Below are positions 1 to 14,379 of a DNA stretch of 64,000 nt, piece by piece (the stretch's first letter is position 1; every line of letters starts with the position of its first letter). This DNA is from Octopus vulgaris (lineage: Eukaryota): NCBI GenBank assembly GCA_951406725.2, contig OX597839.1:40052001-40116000 (forward strand), given 5' to 3'. Position numbers and translations under genes: made by a program. A model generated the notes under the pieces. It had not been told where the DNA came from, did no database searches, and saw only the letters and a list, made by a program, of their open reading frames with translations.

Positions 1-557
1 TAGACGATACAATGGAAACAAGGACAGGTCATTCAAAGTTTTCTTTCTTCAGTCAAGCACCAGATTATACACACACACACACACATAAATATACAAACAC
101 ATACATACATATACACAGACACATACACATATATGCACTCCCACATATTGCAAACTCACACGCACATACACACACAATCACACGTGGGAGTCTGGTGTGT
201 GCGTCTCCAAGAATACATGTGGGGAATGCAAAGGAATTTAAATATTTTCTGTCCGTTTTGAGAAGCAGAGAGAAAGAGAGAGAGAGAGAGAGAGGGGGGA
301 GAGAGAAAGATAAAGAGAGAGGGGAGGAGGAGGAAAAGAACAAGAGAGGGAAGCGTGGGAAGGAGGGAGGGAGGTAAAGGGGGAGTAGAGCAATTTCTAA
401 CCTGATTAATTTGTAAATAAGACATGTTCACAAGAATAATTAATCTTTATCTCTGACCCTCCTCATCTGTGTGCGTGTGTATATGTATATATATATTCGT
501 ATATGCATCTATGTGTATAGATATCTGAATATATGTGAGTGTGTATATGTATGTGTT

Positions 558-588
<31 letters not shown>

Positions 589-904
589 GTGTGTATATAT
601 ATATATATATATAAGAATTTGTAGATTGATGTTTTAATTATATTCTTATATTCTAAGGAGAACAATCACAAATTCCATTGATACTAACGGAAAGAAAAAG
701 AACAGCAATAACAACAACAACAACAATACCAACAATAGTAATTTTAGTAATGTAATTTCTTTTAGTGGCCACCATTGACAAAATTTATTTGGATTGGATT
801 CGAGTACAAAGACGGAACAAATAAAATAGTGAGTAATGCTGTACTTTCAGGGGTTGAAAATGTTTTGATGAAGAGTAACATTTAAGAAGCATTATGAAAT
901 TGAT

Positions 905-1244
905 GTGAAGGCGCGTGGCTCAGTGGTTAGAGCGTCGAGCTTACGATCGTGAGGTTGTGAGCTCGAATCCCGGACCGGGCTGCGTGTTGTGTTCTTGAGC
1001 AAGGCACTTTATTTCACGTTGCTCCAGTTCACTCAGCTGTAGAAATGAGTTGCGACGTCACAGGTGCCAAGCTGTATCGACCTTTGTCTTTCCCTTGGAT
1101 AACACTGGTGACGTGGAGGGGGGAGCCTGGTATGCATGGGCGACTGCTGGTCTTCCATAAACAACCTCGCCCGGATTTGTGTCTAGGAGGGTAACTTTCT
1201 AGGCGCAATCCCATGGTCTGTGTCGTGACCGAAGGGGGTCTCCG
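905..1244 (+). mobile_element. Full-length tRNA-derived SINE (family E) with 11-bp target site duplication
   Basis: A box TGGCTCAGTGG, B box GCTCGAATCCC and core GTGTTCTTGAGCAAGGCACTT. ATGAAATTGAT is directly repeated at 894-904 and 1245-1255. Decayed relatives lie near 3680-3830, 34350-34560, 48350-48500 and 53281-53560. Confidence 0.85.
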
Positions 1245-1642
1245 ATGAAATTGATTATAATAAATAGTTGAGGAATCGGTCGAGCATCAGAAAAACTGAT
1301 TTGTGACTTTCGATTCGTTGTTTTACCTAATGAGTTCATTTCCTGCCGAAATCAAGTTTACCTTTTTTCTCTCCTGGGCTTCCATAATTTACCTCTCACG
1401 ACCTCCGGGGGTTCCGCAATTTAAGTACTAGTCAAGACTGGGAGCGATAATGTCGGTTAAACACATACTCCCCCCAAAAGGTTGTCCTTGTTCTTAAATA
1501 TTTTTTCTGTTATATACATGTATATATGTGCGTATGTATGTGTGTATGTATGTGTATGTATGTATCTATTTAGCTATCTATCTATTTATATATACGTCTG
1601 TGTATAGAAGGTATACAGACATGCATACATACATATACATAC

Positions 1643-1709
<67 letters not shown>

Positions 1710-1894
1710 TATATATATACATATGTATAAATATATCTACATGCATATACATATATATACATGTATATATACATATGTATATATATATATATATCTATAT
1801 ATATATATATATATATATATTAATAAATAAAACATATGCATATATATAAACATATATGTACGTACCTACCTCTACATGTACATATACACGCATA

Positions 1895-2070
1895 TATGAG
1901 TACAGGACACCAAAAAGACGTCGAACACAATGAGAAACGAAAACATAGACACAAACCCAAGGGACTGGACATTTTTTTAAACAACAAAAAAATAGAGTAC
2001 AGGACAATTAACACAAAGAAAAAACCCCTTCTTCAGTCGCTATGGTTTCATCTAATCTACGTTTCGCATA
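1895..2070 (-). mobile_element. Short dispersed repeat with hammerhead half-motifs (Penelope-like terminal fragment)
   Basis: The reverse complement matches 55945-56120. It carries GAAAC...CTGAAGAAGGGG, and both copies abut (TA)n tracts. Confidence 0.5.
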
Positions 2071-2661
2071 TACGCATCTAAGTACTGGCGCTCTGGAGCT
2101 ATTGTAGAAGACACTTCAGCAGGACTCAAACTGAAATCTTGTGGTTCTAAAGAGACCGTGTTAACCATACAGCCATGCCTTCGATTACGCACATGCGCAC
2201 ACCCACGAAATCCCATTCATATACATGAAAGCAACGCAGAGTTATGGTTCCAGGAATATCTCAATATTTGCTTAACGCTCCTTAAATTTTGTTCTGCTTA
2301 ATGACTTTTTAAGTCAACAACTATCGAAATATTTTGAGCAAACCTTAAGGTAAATGCTTCGAAAAAAGAGGGCTGGTTTGGCGGTGATGCATTTGCAGTT
2401 CAGCTACCCCAACACACCGCCGGCCCCTCCCCGCCCCACCACACTACTGGATTCCTTTGGCATCGAAAGCAAAACCGTAAATATAAACACAAGCCAAATA
2501 TTCATACACATCAACCGCACAAATTAAATCCTACAGCCAAATAAGCGCAAACAAAACGACTAACACACACACATACACACACACACACACACAAACACAC
2601 ACTCACACACACACACTCACACATACACACATATGTGTATATGTATGTATATATATGTATA

Positions 2662-2830
2662 GGGGCAGGAGTGGCTCTGTGGCAAGTAGCTTGCTAAACA
2701 ACCACATGGTTCCGAGTTCAAGTGTCTTCTACTATAGGCGCCGACCGACCAAAGCCTTTTGAGTGGATTTGGTAGACGGAAACTGAAAGAAGCCCGTCAT
2801 GTATATGTATATGTATATATATATATATAA

Positions 2831-2866
<36 letters not shown>

Positions 2867-3087
2867 TTGTGAGTCTGTTTGTCCCCACCCCACCCAACAT
2901 CGCTTGACAACCGATGCAGGTGTGTTTACGTCCCCGTAACTTAGCGGTTCGGCAAAAAGGACCGATTGCATAAGTACTAGGCTTACAAACAATAAGTCCT
3001 GGGGTCGATTTGCTTGACTAAAGGCGCTGCTCCGGCATGGCCGCAGTCAAATGACTGAAAGAAGTAAAAGAGTAAAAGAGTAAAGAG
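2662..3087 (+). mobile_element. tRNA-derived SINE family A (internal TA/TG microsatellite, GTAAAAGA-repeat tail)
   Basis: Near-identical to the copies at 13809, 37407, 49381 and 54925. Head GGAGTGGCT.TGTGG..GGTTC; small deletion after the B box. Confidence 0.9.
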
Positions 3088-3260
3088 TATATATATATAT
3101 ATATATACTCGTATATATATATATATATATAAAAACGTATATATATATACGTTTTCATTATTAATCGGCAGAAGTTCCAGAGTTACTCGAGGGCTGATAG
3201 TTTCGTGTGTTGGCACATATCAAGCATCAAATTCTCTTTTCTAGTTTCGGCGCCAAACCT

Positions 3261-3294
<34 letters not shown>

Positions 3295-4144
3295 ACGTGT
3301 GTGCGTGCGCGTGTATATATGTATACAAATACGCACATATATATATATATGTAACTATATATACATATACATACATATATATAAATACACATGTATCTAT
3401 ATAGAATGTGTGTATGTGTGTCTGTAATATTTGCATACACTCACATGATGACGTCAAGAAATTTATTAATTTGAAAGCATTTTGATGAATATAGAATTAA
3501 TTGTTTTTTTGTTTTTCAAAAATTGCAATTCTACTTTCATTTTCACTGTTTGCAGAGATATGGATGAATATGTATCGGAAATATAGCCTCAGATTATTAA
3601 ATATGGCGACGTGTTATTACGGTAGCGTTGGCGTGTCGGCGTTTCTACATAACCGTACCAGCGTTTAGGGTGTCGCCCGCACAATTGCATCATCGCGGTT
3701 TCGATTTCTGAACTGGATGATGTGATGTGTTCTTGAGCAAGACACTTCACTTCATGCTGCTACAGTCCACTCATCTGTAGTAAAATCGTGTAACCGTGCA
3801 ACGGAGTGGCGTCCCGTTCAGGGTGGATGTGAAATTGTAGACTTGTCTTGTCCTGGGTATGATATTAAACGACCTCCAGTGGTGAGGCTCCAGCTCGGGC
3901 GTTCTTGATTTGTCGGGAACGTGGGGGTCACCCCTTCATCAGTATTACTCCCAGGTCCTTCCTCGCCCGGAACTGTTGTACTTGTTAGGGCTCCATCTTG
4001 GGGTTAAATAGATTTCCAAAGAGATTTCTGACACTTCTTTTTAGTAGTACAGCAACATCATCGTATAATCATCATCATCGTAATCACCATTATCATCATC
4101 TACATCGTCATCGTCGTCGTCGTCGTCGTCATTATAATCGTTTA

Positions 4145-4387
4145 AGGCGGCGAACTGGAAGAAACGGTAGCACGCCGGGCGTAATCCTTTGGGGTATTTC
4201 GGCTGTCGTTACGTTGTGAGTTCAAATTCCGCCGAGGTCGACTTTGCCTTTCATCCTTTCGGGGTCGATAAATTAAGTACCAGTTACGCACTGGGGTCGA
4301 TGTAATCGACTTAATACCTATGTCTGTTCTTGTTTGTCCCATCTACGTTTGTCCCCCTATGTTTAGGGTAGTAAAAAAATAGGTATT
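4145..4387 (+). mobile_element. tRNA-derived SINE family B with Nin/Deu-like core
   Basis: B box GAGTTCAAATTCC. The core GCCTTTCATCCTTTCGGGGTCGATAAATTAAGTACC resembles the Nin/Deu SINE domain. Many copies in the window. Confidence 0.85.
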
Positions 4388-4391
4388 CATC

Positions 4392-4851
4392 ATGTTGTTG
4401 TCCGCTTCTTGCAATCAGGGCTCACGCCATTAGCTACAAAGAATGATCTCTAATTCGAGCCTACTCTAAGCTACTAAAAATGCGTGTGGCACCACACACG
4501 ATAGACTGGCGGTTGCACGGGCGCGAAAGCTACGGTGTTATCCTCATTCCATAAACGGTGGCTTTTAACGGGTGGAGAGCTGAACCAGCCTGGGGTTCAG
4601 AGGAATCGCATTCTAGACTAGGTCTGAAAGTTAACCACACCATAGTGGGTTACACCCTGGTTCCTCTGCTTTGTGGCAGAAGTAGGAAGAAAGAGTGAGA
4701 GAAGCTTGTGGTGAAATAGTACAGCAGGAGCCTCGTGGAGCTTAGGTGTGTTTTGCTCAATAAACACTCACAAAGCCCAGTCTGGGAATCGAAACCGCGT
4801 TTGTACGACCGCGAGTCCGCTGCCCTAACCACTGGGCTATTGCGCTTCCAC
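4392..4851 (-). mobile_element. tRNA-derived SINE family C, long variant with (CAA)n tail
   Basis: The minus-strand head TAGCCCAGTGGTTAGGGCAGCGGACTCGCGGTC..GGTTTCGATTCCC is shared with 21984-22098. Ends in ACAACAAC. The extent of the body is inferred. Confidence 0.65.
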
Positions 4852-4854
4852 TGA

Positions 4855-4885
<31 letters not shown>

Positions 4886-4993
4886 GTGGATGGAGCTTGT
4901 AATTGGCGAAGATGCAATTGGTTGCTGACGATAAAGCGTGGCTGATGATAAGCACGGGCGTACTTCGTGATGGTGTTAGTGATGGTGGTGGTG

Positions 4994-5037
<44 letters not shown>

Positions 5038-5349
5038 CCGTGTGTGTGTGTGTGAAGGTGTTAGCGTTAGTAATGCAAACAGCCATTTTCTTTACATTAC
5101 CTTTTCTGAAATATCTCGCGATGAGTACAACAAAATTTGTTTGTTCCCCTCCGGAATTTTTCATTTAATTGCTGTTAAGGTCTTCGAGCGGGAAAAAAAA
5201 ATAAAGGGAAACAAAAACCACAAAAAAACCAAAAAAATAACAAACTAACAAACAAGCACAAATATCCCAGACAAAATGACAAAAGATTAGTTTTTCTTTT
5301 TTTTTGCATGTTGTTGTGGTTGCTGCTGTGGCTACTGCTGCTGCTGTTG

Positions 5350-5381
<32 letters not shown>

Positions 5382-5462
5382 GTTGTTTGCTATCCCGTAA
5401 TATCGTGAACAATTCAATGTGCGATAACCTTTGCAATTTGCCAAAACCAGGATTGGTAGGAA

Positions 5463-5464
<2 letters not shown>

Positions 5465-5512
<48 letters not shown>

Positions 5513-6107
5513 ATGTTTATTTGTTTATATGTGTTCATATGTGTGTGTATGTCTATCTATGTGTGTGTGAATATATGTGTTCATATGTGTGTGTGTGTGT
5601 ATTTGTGTGTATGTGTATGTATGTGTGCATATGTGTGTGTGTGTATTTGTGTGTATGTATGTGTTCATGAGTGTGTGTGTGTGTATTTGTGTGTATGTGT
5701 ATGTATGTGTTCATATGTGTGTGTGTGTATTTGTGTGTATGTATGTGTTCATGTGTGTGTGTGTGTGTGTATTTGTGTGTATGTGTATGTATGTGTTCAT
5801 ATTTGTGTGTGTGTATTTGTGTGTATGTGTATGTATGTGTTCATGTGTGTGTGTGTGTATTTGTGTATTTGTATTCCTGTATTTGTGTGTATGTGTATGT
5901 ATCTGTTTGAGTGTGTGCGTTTATTTGTGCATTTTGTTTGTATGTGTGTGTGTGTGTATGTGTGTGTGTGTGTGTTTATGTGTATTTGTTTATATGTGTT
6001 CATATGTGTGTGTATGTATATTTGTGTGTGTGTGTGAATGTATGTGTTTATGTGTGTGTGTGTATTTGTGTATTTGTATTCCTGTATTTGTGTGTATGTG
6101 TATGCAT

Positions 6108-6149
<42 letters not shown>

Positions 6150-6170
6150 GTGTGTGTGTGTGTGTGTAGG
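5465..6170. repeat. (TG)-derived minisatellite with an approximately 45-bp higher-order unit
   Basis: Recurring GTGTGTATTTGTGTGTATGTGTATGTATGTGTTCAT. Confidence 0.9.
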
Positions 6171-6468
6171 CGTGTGTGTTACTGTGCTGGTCACCTTTAG
6201 CAAAGGAAATTTCACATTTGTAAGATAAGACTCCACTAATAATGAAAGCGCTGAAGGTTATGATGATGATAATTGAGATTTGATGGTGATGATGGTGGTA
6301 ATACTGGATTATGATGAAGATGATGATGATGATGAGGATGATGGTGGTAGTGTTGCTAGAAATATTGTGGGGATCGGGGTGTGGGACTTTTTAGGTTATG
6401 ATGACCATGCTGATGCTGATGGCGATTTTGGCTTTGTTGATGATTGTGATGTTAAAGATCATTTATCT

Positions 6469-6515
<47 letters not shown>

Positions 6516-6765
6516 TTCTTCTTCTTCTTCTTCTTCTTCTTCTTCTTCTTCTTCTTCTTCTTCTCGTTATTATTATTTTTTCCTTCTTTCCTCAAATTTT
6601 CTTCCATTTCTCGCCGAGTGTTTTCCGTACACCTAGATCAGAGAAGCACATTGTATGCATTTCCAGATTACACACGCAAAATCACAGGTAAAATATGTAT
6701 TAAAAAACATTAATTAATAAATAAATTATCATTATTATTATTATTATTATTATGATTATTATTAT

Positions 6766-7700
6766 TTAGTAGTATATTTTTTATATCGTGCTTTCACTTC
6801 ACTACCGAGCGCAGCTCTGTATGCCTTGGGTATGTGCTGTGATTTGTTGTGATGCTCTGATGGTTATTGTATGGAAAATGTTCTGCGTAGGGTGTGTGCA
6901 GTGCCTAGTAGTGCAATTTTCTGTATGTTATATGTGTTTGTAAGTCCTGGTGTTTTTGTTATGTATTTGTCTGAATATTTTTTTATCATGCCTAATGCAC
7001 CTACTATGATAGGAATTGTTTCTGTTTTCAGATTCCACATTCTGGTTACCTCTATTTCCAGGTCTTTGTATTTTGAGAGTTTCTCCATTTCTTTTAGAGG
7101 CACGTTGTCATCTGCCGGTATTGATACATCAATTAGAAAGCATTTTTTTTTCTTCATGATCTCTGACAACTATATCTGGTCTGTTGGCCTTAATTTCTCT
7201 ATCTGTGTGTATTGGCATATCCCAGAGTATGGTTGCTTTCTCGTTTTCTGTGACCTTTCCTGGTATGTGCCTATACCATCTTTTTTTCTGTCGTTATTCC
7301 ATAATGTTGGCATAGTTTCCAGTGTATATAGGTCCCAACTTTGTCGTGTCTGTGAATATATTCCTTCTTAGCCAGAACTGGGCAGCAAGAGACAACACGA
7401 TTTATTGTTTCTTGTCCATCTCCACATATTCTGCAGTTACTTGTTATAATTCTTTTCATTACATGTTTTTGGTAATTTCTGGTGGGGAGGCTTTGGTCTT
7501 GTGCTGCAATTAAAAATCCCTCTGTTTCTGCTTTGAGTCCTGAATTTCTCAACTAGTGCAGGGATTTTTCTCTGTCTATTTCTTTTGCATTTAGTTTAGA
7601 CCAGTATTTATTATGAAGGGGCTTTTCTTGCCATCGTTTTATCATGGTCCGTTGATGTTCTAGTTTTAGTTTGGATTTCATTTGTTTTATAGCTTTGTTT
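6766..7700 (-). mobile_element. 5'-truncated non-LTR retrotransposon, R4/Dong-like (zinc knuckle plus restriction-like endonuclease), disrupted
   Basis: Translates to WQEKPLH..GLKAETEGFLIAAQDQ..CRICGDGQETIN....C..YIHRHD..PD..LIDVSIP..KLSKYKDL..IIVGALG..GTAHTLR, with a stop and frameshifts. The 3' UTR runs into (TAA)n. Confidence 0.92.
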
Positions 7701-8212
7701 CTTCTTCTTCTTCTTCTTCTTCTTCTTCTTCTTCTTCTTCTTCTTCTTCTTCTTCTTCTTCTGCCTCTTATTCTTCCTCCACCTCCTCTTCATCATCACC
7801 ACATCACCATCATCATCATCATCGTCATCATCATCATCATCACCACCACCACCATCATCATCTTCATCCTCCTCCTCCACCTCCACCCCCTCTTCCACTT
7901 CCTCTTCCTCCTCCTCCTCCTCATCATCATCACCATCATCGTCATCATCATCATCACCACCACCATTATCCTCTTCCTCCTCCTCCTCCTCCTCCTCTTC
8001 CTCCTCCTCCTCCTCCTCCACCTCCTCTTCATCATCACCACATCACCATCATCATCATCATCATCATCATCGTCATCATCATCACCACCACCACCATTAT
8101 CATCTTCATCAATATCCTCCTGCACCTCCACCTCCTCTTCCTCCTCCTCCTCCTCCTCCTCATCATCATCATCACCATCATCACCACCATTATCATCTTC
8201 ATCATCCTCCTC

Positions 8213-8254
<42 letters not shown>

Positions 8255-8275
8255 CACCATCATCATCCTTATCTG
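7700..8275. repeat. Compound (CTT)n/(CAT)n/(CCT)n/(CAC)n microsatellite with an internal duplication of about 240 bp
   Basis: The block CCTCCACCTCCTCTTCATCATCACCACATCACCATC occurs near 7775 and near 8015. Confidence 0.9.
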
Positions 8276-8367
8276 CATCAGTAGTAATAATACAATATTT
8301 GCGTCTGTATCGTTTCAACATTCATTCTTCCCCTCTCACCTTTTCTCTCTCTGTCTCTCTCTCTGTC

Positions 8368-8417
<50 letters not shown>

Positions 8418-8882
8418 CCTCTCTTTCTCTTCTATTCTCTCTTCTCTACCCTCCTCTTGCGATAACGAGAGCATTTCAGCCTCCATGGGTTTTTAGAGCG
8501 GTTTCAGGCAGAAACGATATCTACATCTAAGAAAGACTCTCTTACCACGTTCATCGAAAACACTGCGTGTTCTGCCACTTCACATCACGTTAGAATCTAA
8601 ATATCGACGACAAACCTTCTTCTTCTTCTTCGTCTCTTCCTCTTCCGACTCCTTCCTTTGCTCTTCTTTATCTGCAGGGCAGAATCCGTATTCATTTTAT
8701 TTATCACGTTCAATCTATGAAGTTCTATCAAGATTACCCTGTCAAAGAATGTATGTATGTATGTATGTATGTATGTATGTATGTATGTATGTGTGTGTGT
8801 GTGTATGAATGTATGCATGTATCTATCTATCTGTCTGTCTGTCTGTCTTTCTATCTATTTATCCATCTATCTTTGTATACAT

Positions 8883-8932
<50 letters not shown>

Positions 8933-9055
8933 AGTGTGTGTGTATGTATGTATATATATATATATCATATATACATGTATACGTATATATATATACATAT
9001 ATATAAACACACAAGTACATATATATATACATACATAAGTACCTGCATATCTATC

Positions 9056-9105
<50 letters not shown>

Positions 9106-9575
9106 ATATTCTGTATATATATTTACCTAAATGAATATTTCATTTTATGTCTATATTCACCTATAGATGCATACATACACACACGCACACACATATCTGT
9201 GTCTATATATATACACACAAACAGACACACACACACACATGTATATATATATATATATTGCAGAGGTGCATATATGAAAGCATATCCATCATCATGACAC
9301 ACACACACACACACACCTACATAAAACACTATATAATTCTCTTCCTGCCTGCTGTGATCATACTCGTCTCTCCATCTCCAGGACCAAAGATGTGTAGCTG
9401 TGTAATTAGCTGAATATTTCATATGGCCATGAGACAAAAAGCTAACCGATGAGATATTGAAGTTTCTCAATATACCACACTAAACGTGAGCTTAACAATT
9501 ATTACCACCTTCGTCCTTCACTGACTGTATCTCTGCTGTCCCCGAGCGAGACGGTAATGATACATATATATATAG

Positions 9576-9653
<78 letters not shown>

Positions 9654-9945
9654 ATGTATATGTTTGCACAGGTGTGTAAACGTTTGCGTTGGTTTTGTTT
9701 GGAAACGTATAATAAGGTATCTGCACTTGTAAGTTTAGAGTTTTAACTGTTATAGAAAAGGAGAGTTTGATGTTTGGATGTATCTGTAGGGCAAAGCAAT
9801 TAGATCTGTACTTGTTGCGAGGTGTGTAGCTACAGTGATGCACATGTAAGACTTAGCTTTACATCACGTTGTGTATGCGTGTGTGTATAAATATTTATAT
9901 ATACGTACACATAGACACATAATTATATATCTATATCTATATTTA

Positions 9946-10044
<99 letters not shown>

Positions 10045-10052
10045 ATATATAT

Positions 10053-10114
<62 letters not shown>

Positions 10115-10497
10115 CATATATATGCATATGCATGTATATATATGTATACATATCTACGTTCATATATGCATATGCGTATATGTATACATATCTAGCCATC
10201 TACCTATCTCTCTCACTCACACTCTCTTTTTCACTCCCTCTCTCTCTATATATATATTTATATATGTGGTACGTATATATATATATATGGGTTTGTTTAC
10301 GCACACGCACACACACACACACACACACACGTATATATACACACACACACACACATACCCAGAGTGATATATGTATATAAATTCTCCAGCAAATAATGAT
10401 TATTATTAGCGAAATGAGAAACGGTTTCTTTAGTGACACAGTGCAAACCCCCTGTTTTCTTTTGGACAATTCTTGCAGAACAAACACTTTCGAACAC

Positions 10498-10554
<57 letters not shown>

Positions 10555-10855
10555 GTCATACACGGTTTACACTCACGCTGACAGAGAAGTATTGATTACC
10601 CGCAAGAATAAAAAGAAAGAAACGTGCAAATTCTTCACATTGCTATTGTGCTGATAATATTCAACGCCAATTCCATTCCTACAAGGTTTGCAATAATACA
10701 ACGTTAGCATTGCCCCCTTTCTACAAACTTCAACTGATTGGCCCCTAATTCTTAGCGAAATTAGGAAGAATTTTCATGAGATAATCAACATTGCGTTCGA
10801 TATTATGGAATTTCCTTCGAAAAATCAAAGCTTCTGCAAATATTCTACGAGGGGC

Positions 10856-10930
<75 letters not shown>

Positions 10931-11086
10931 ATATACATACATACACACACACACACACACATACATATATATATGTATGTATGTATGTATATTATATTTA
11001 TATAATATGTACATGTATATTATATTTATATACATATACATATGTAAACATATGTATATGTATATACATATGTTTACATATATATA

Positions 11087-11124
<38 letters not shown>

Positions 11125-11148
11125 CATATAGATATGTATATATATATA

Positions 11149-11243
<95 letters not shown>

Positions 11244-11518
11244 CTGTGTGTTTGTGTTCTATTTCTCGTTCTCCTCCTCCTTCCTGTATTTGTGTTTCTA
11301 TTCTTTCCCTTCCTCCTCACCCTGCCACTACTAGTAGTAATACTTATTAGTACAGCTAATACTAATCTTGATAATGGTGGTTGTGACGAGTATGTTGATA
11401 ATGATGATGATGATGAGGAGGAGGGTGATGATAATGATGATAATGATCGTGATGGTAATCGTGATGTTGATGATCATACGCTGATGCGAATAAAGTTATT
11501 TCGATATAAATGATGATG

Positions 11519-11550
<32 letters not shown>

Positions 11551-11669
11551 GATGATGATGATGATATTGATGATTACGACGAAGACGGCGACGACGACGA
11601 GAATGATGAAAAAGGGAGGAGGAAAAGGGAAATAATCATAATGATGATGATGATGATGATGACGATGAC

Positions 11670-11700
<31 letters not shown>

Positions 11701-12572
11701 ATGATGATGATGGTGATGATGGTCACGACGGTGATGATTTTGGTGGTGGTGCTACTGACGATGAAGTCGGTGATGCTAACGGTGATGACGATGATGGCGA
11801 CGACGATGGTTGTGTTGGTGGTGGTGTTAATAACAATGTTATGTAAAAGATCAGATGTATTGATTGTACATTCTCATCTCCAGGGAGCGAGCATTTGATC
11901 GTGACTTAAGTCATTAATACGTACATACACACACACATACACATATACATACATAAACGCTTACAGACACAGAGTTACTTATATATATGTGTATATACAT
12001 ACATACATACTTACATACATACATACATACATACATATACATATACATATATATATACGTGCACATACGTACACTTATATTACTTGTATACTTACACGGA
12101 CATGTTTACTCTCACAAACATATACATACGCATTCGTTGCCCCATTATTCTTCTTTACTCGATGAGGTTTAAAGATGAATGTTGTAGTGTTTCACGTGTT
12201 TGGTTTGGGAGCAAAGGGTTCCAAGTTCGATCCCGTAGCGCACTATATTGGCATTTTAGTCTCTGCCTTGGCCTGACGATCACCAATACTTTAGGAGGTG
12301 GGAAATTGTGCGGATTACGTCGAATTGCAGATGCATTCGGGTCCCCTTTGTTCGTTTAATAGAGGCATTGGATCGAGACCAATAACTAATGACACCAAAA
12401 CAGACACACACACACACATTTATATATGTATATACACGTGTGTGTATGTATGTATACACACGTATACATACATATATATATAGATAGATAGATACATATG
12501 TATATTTGTATATACATACACACAGACACAGACATATTTATATATATTCATGTACTTACATACATATATCTA

Positions 12573-12631
<59 letters not shown>

Positions 12632-12764
12632 AAAAAATATATATAAAAATACAAAATGGGACAAGAACGCAAAACATTCAAATAAACGACACAAAAAAAG
12701 GGACGGGTCATTCGAAGCCTCTAATCTTCAGTCAAGAACCGGATCATCCTCGCAATTTCGGCTG

Positions 12765-12896
<132 letters not shown>

Positions 12897-12900
12897 ACAT

Positions 12901-13152
12901 AGATCGCGGGTTCGAATCTCAGACCAATGTATGCGTTTATGAGCTAAACATCTAAGCTCCTCGCGGCTTCGGCAGGTAATGGCAAACTTCTGCTGACTCT
13001 TTCGCCGCAACTTTCTCTCACTCTTTCTTCCTGCATCTTGCAGCTCACCTGCAATGGACCGGCGTCCCGTCCAGGTGAGGAAACTATACGCCATGGAAAC
13101 CGGAAAACCGGCCCTTATGAGCCAGGCGTGCCTCGAGAAGGAACAAACAACA
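12901..13152 (+). mobile_element. SINE family C short variant (head truncated)
   Basis: B box GGTTCGAATCTC. The body matches the reverse complement of 34061-34330. CAA tail. Confidence 0.75.
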
Positions 13153-13215
13153 ATATACATAGATATGTGTGTGTGTTTGTGTATAGATAGATAGTTAGAT
13201 AGATAGATAGATATA

Positions 13216-13510
13216 AGTTATGTTAAGTTAAGTTAATTTTTTGGCTCAAAAACCAAAAACCAAGGCCCTGTAGGGGGACATGGAGTTATGTACAGGGTGG
13301 TGTTCATGCAAAGAGTTCAGACCACTTCTGGTCAAGAGAGATTTTGAACCAAGCGGTCGTCGGCATCTTCACTATCTCGTCCGGCAGCTTATTCCACGGA
13401 TCCGCAACACGGACGGAGAAAGCCCCTCTCCTTCGATTGAGATGAAATCGTCGCTTATAGAGCTTTTCGGAGTGACCCCCGCAGCCGACGCTCTGGAGCA
13501 GAAGGGAAGA
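13216..13510 (-). mobile_element. 3' end of a CR1-like LINE ORF2 plus 3' UTR
   Basis: Minus strand reads RGHSEKLYKRRFHLNRRRGAFSVRVADPWNKLPDEIVKMPTTAWFKISLDQKWSELFA*, the CR1-group C-terminal RGH..F..RV..WN.LP..FK..LD signature, followed by an (AACTT)n tail. Confidence 0.85.
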
Positions 13511-13808
13511 TATAAAATGGACTTCCTCCTAGTTTCCATCCGCCGAATCAACCTGGGTGTTCATTGGTTGGCCCAGAGCTATATTAGAACAAGTCATACA
13601 AACGTTACCACGCAGTGGGAACTTAACCGGATCCCCGTATGAGTGTAAAGTGATTTTCTTCATCATCCCCGTAAGGCTTAACGATGGAGTTGATCTGGGA
13701 GGGTTTTAAACTCAGAATCCAGTGAACCGTGACAAATACTTTATGTCATATCCTCTGCTCTAATAATTCTACCAATTCTAATGTTCTTTAATTTCTAATA
13801 ATAGATTG

Positions 13809-14226
13809 TTTTACTCTTTTACTCTCTTTTACTTGTTTTAGTCATTTGACTGCGGCCATGCTGGAGCACCGCCTTTTAGTCGAGCAACTCGACCCCAGGA
13901 CTTACTCTTTTTGTAAGCTCAGTACTTATTCTATCGGCCTCTTTTTGCCGAACCGCTAAGTGACGGGGACGTAAACACACCAGCATTGGTTGTCAAGCAA
14001 TGCAAGGAGAACAAACACAGACACACAAACACACACACATACATATATATATATACATATATACGACAGGCTTCTTTCAGTTTCCGTCTACCAAATCCCC
14101 TCACAAGGCATTGGTCGGCCCGGGGCTATAGCAGAAGACACTTGCCCAAGATGCCACGCAGTGGGACTGAACCCAGAACCATGTGGTTGGTTAGCAAGCT
14201 ACTTACCACACAGCCACTCCTGCGCC
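13809..14226 (-). mobile_element. SINE family A, full length
   Basis: Reverse complement of the 49381 copy, head to tail. Confidence 0.92.
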
Positions 14227-14379
14227 TATGTTTTGTTTTGTTTTATAATATTTTTAACCCTGTATTAATTTTGTCAGCGTCGGAAACTGTATTTTCTCAC
14301 TGATTCCCTTTGTTACTCTCTAAAAAAAATCTGTATCACTTTTTCTGTCCTTTTCCTTTGTTTCTTTGTAAGTTTGTCG

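Noticed and set aside
910-980. tRNA-like sequences at SINE heads
   Set aside because: They continue into SINE bodies, one with a TSD, and lack clean cloverleaf ends, so they are not tRNA genes.
8735-8756. TACCCTGT, a miR-10 family seed-like word
   Set aside because: The rest does not match miR-10 and there is no precursor hairpin.
10737-10859. 10-bp inverted repeat ATTGGCCCCT/AGGGGCCAAT
   Set aside because: Too short, with no TSD or second copy.
13280-13642. 120-aa plus-strand ORF
   Set aside because: Largely the antisense of the CR1-like fragment.
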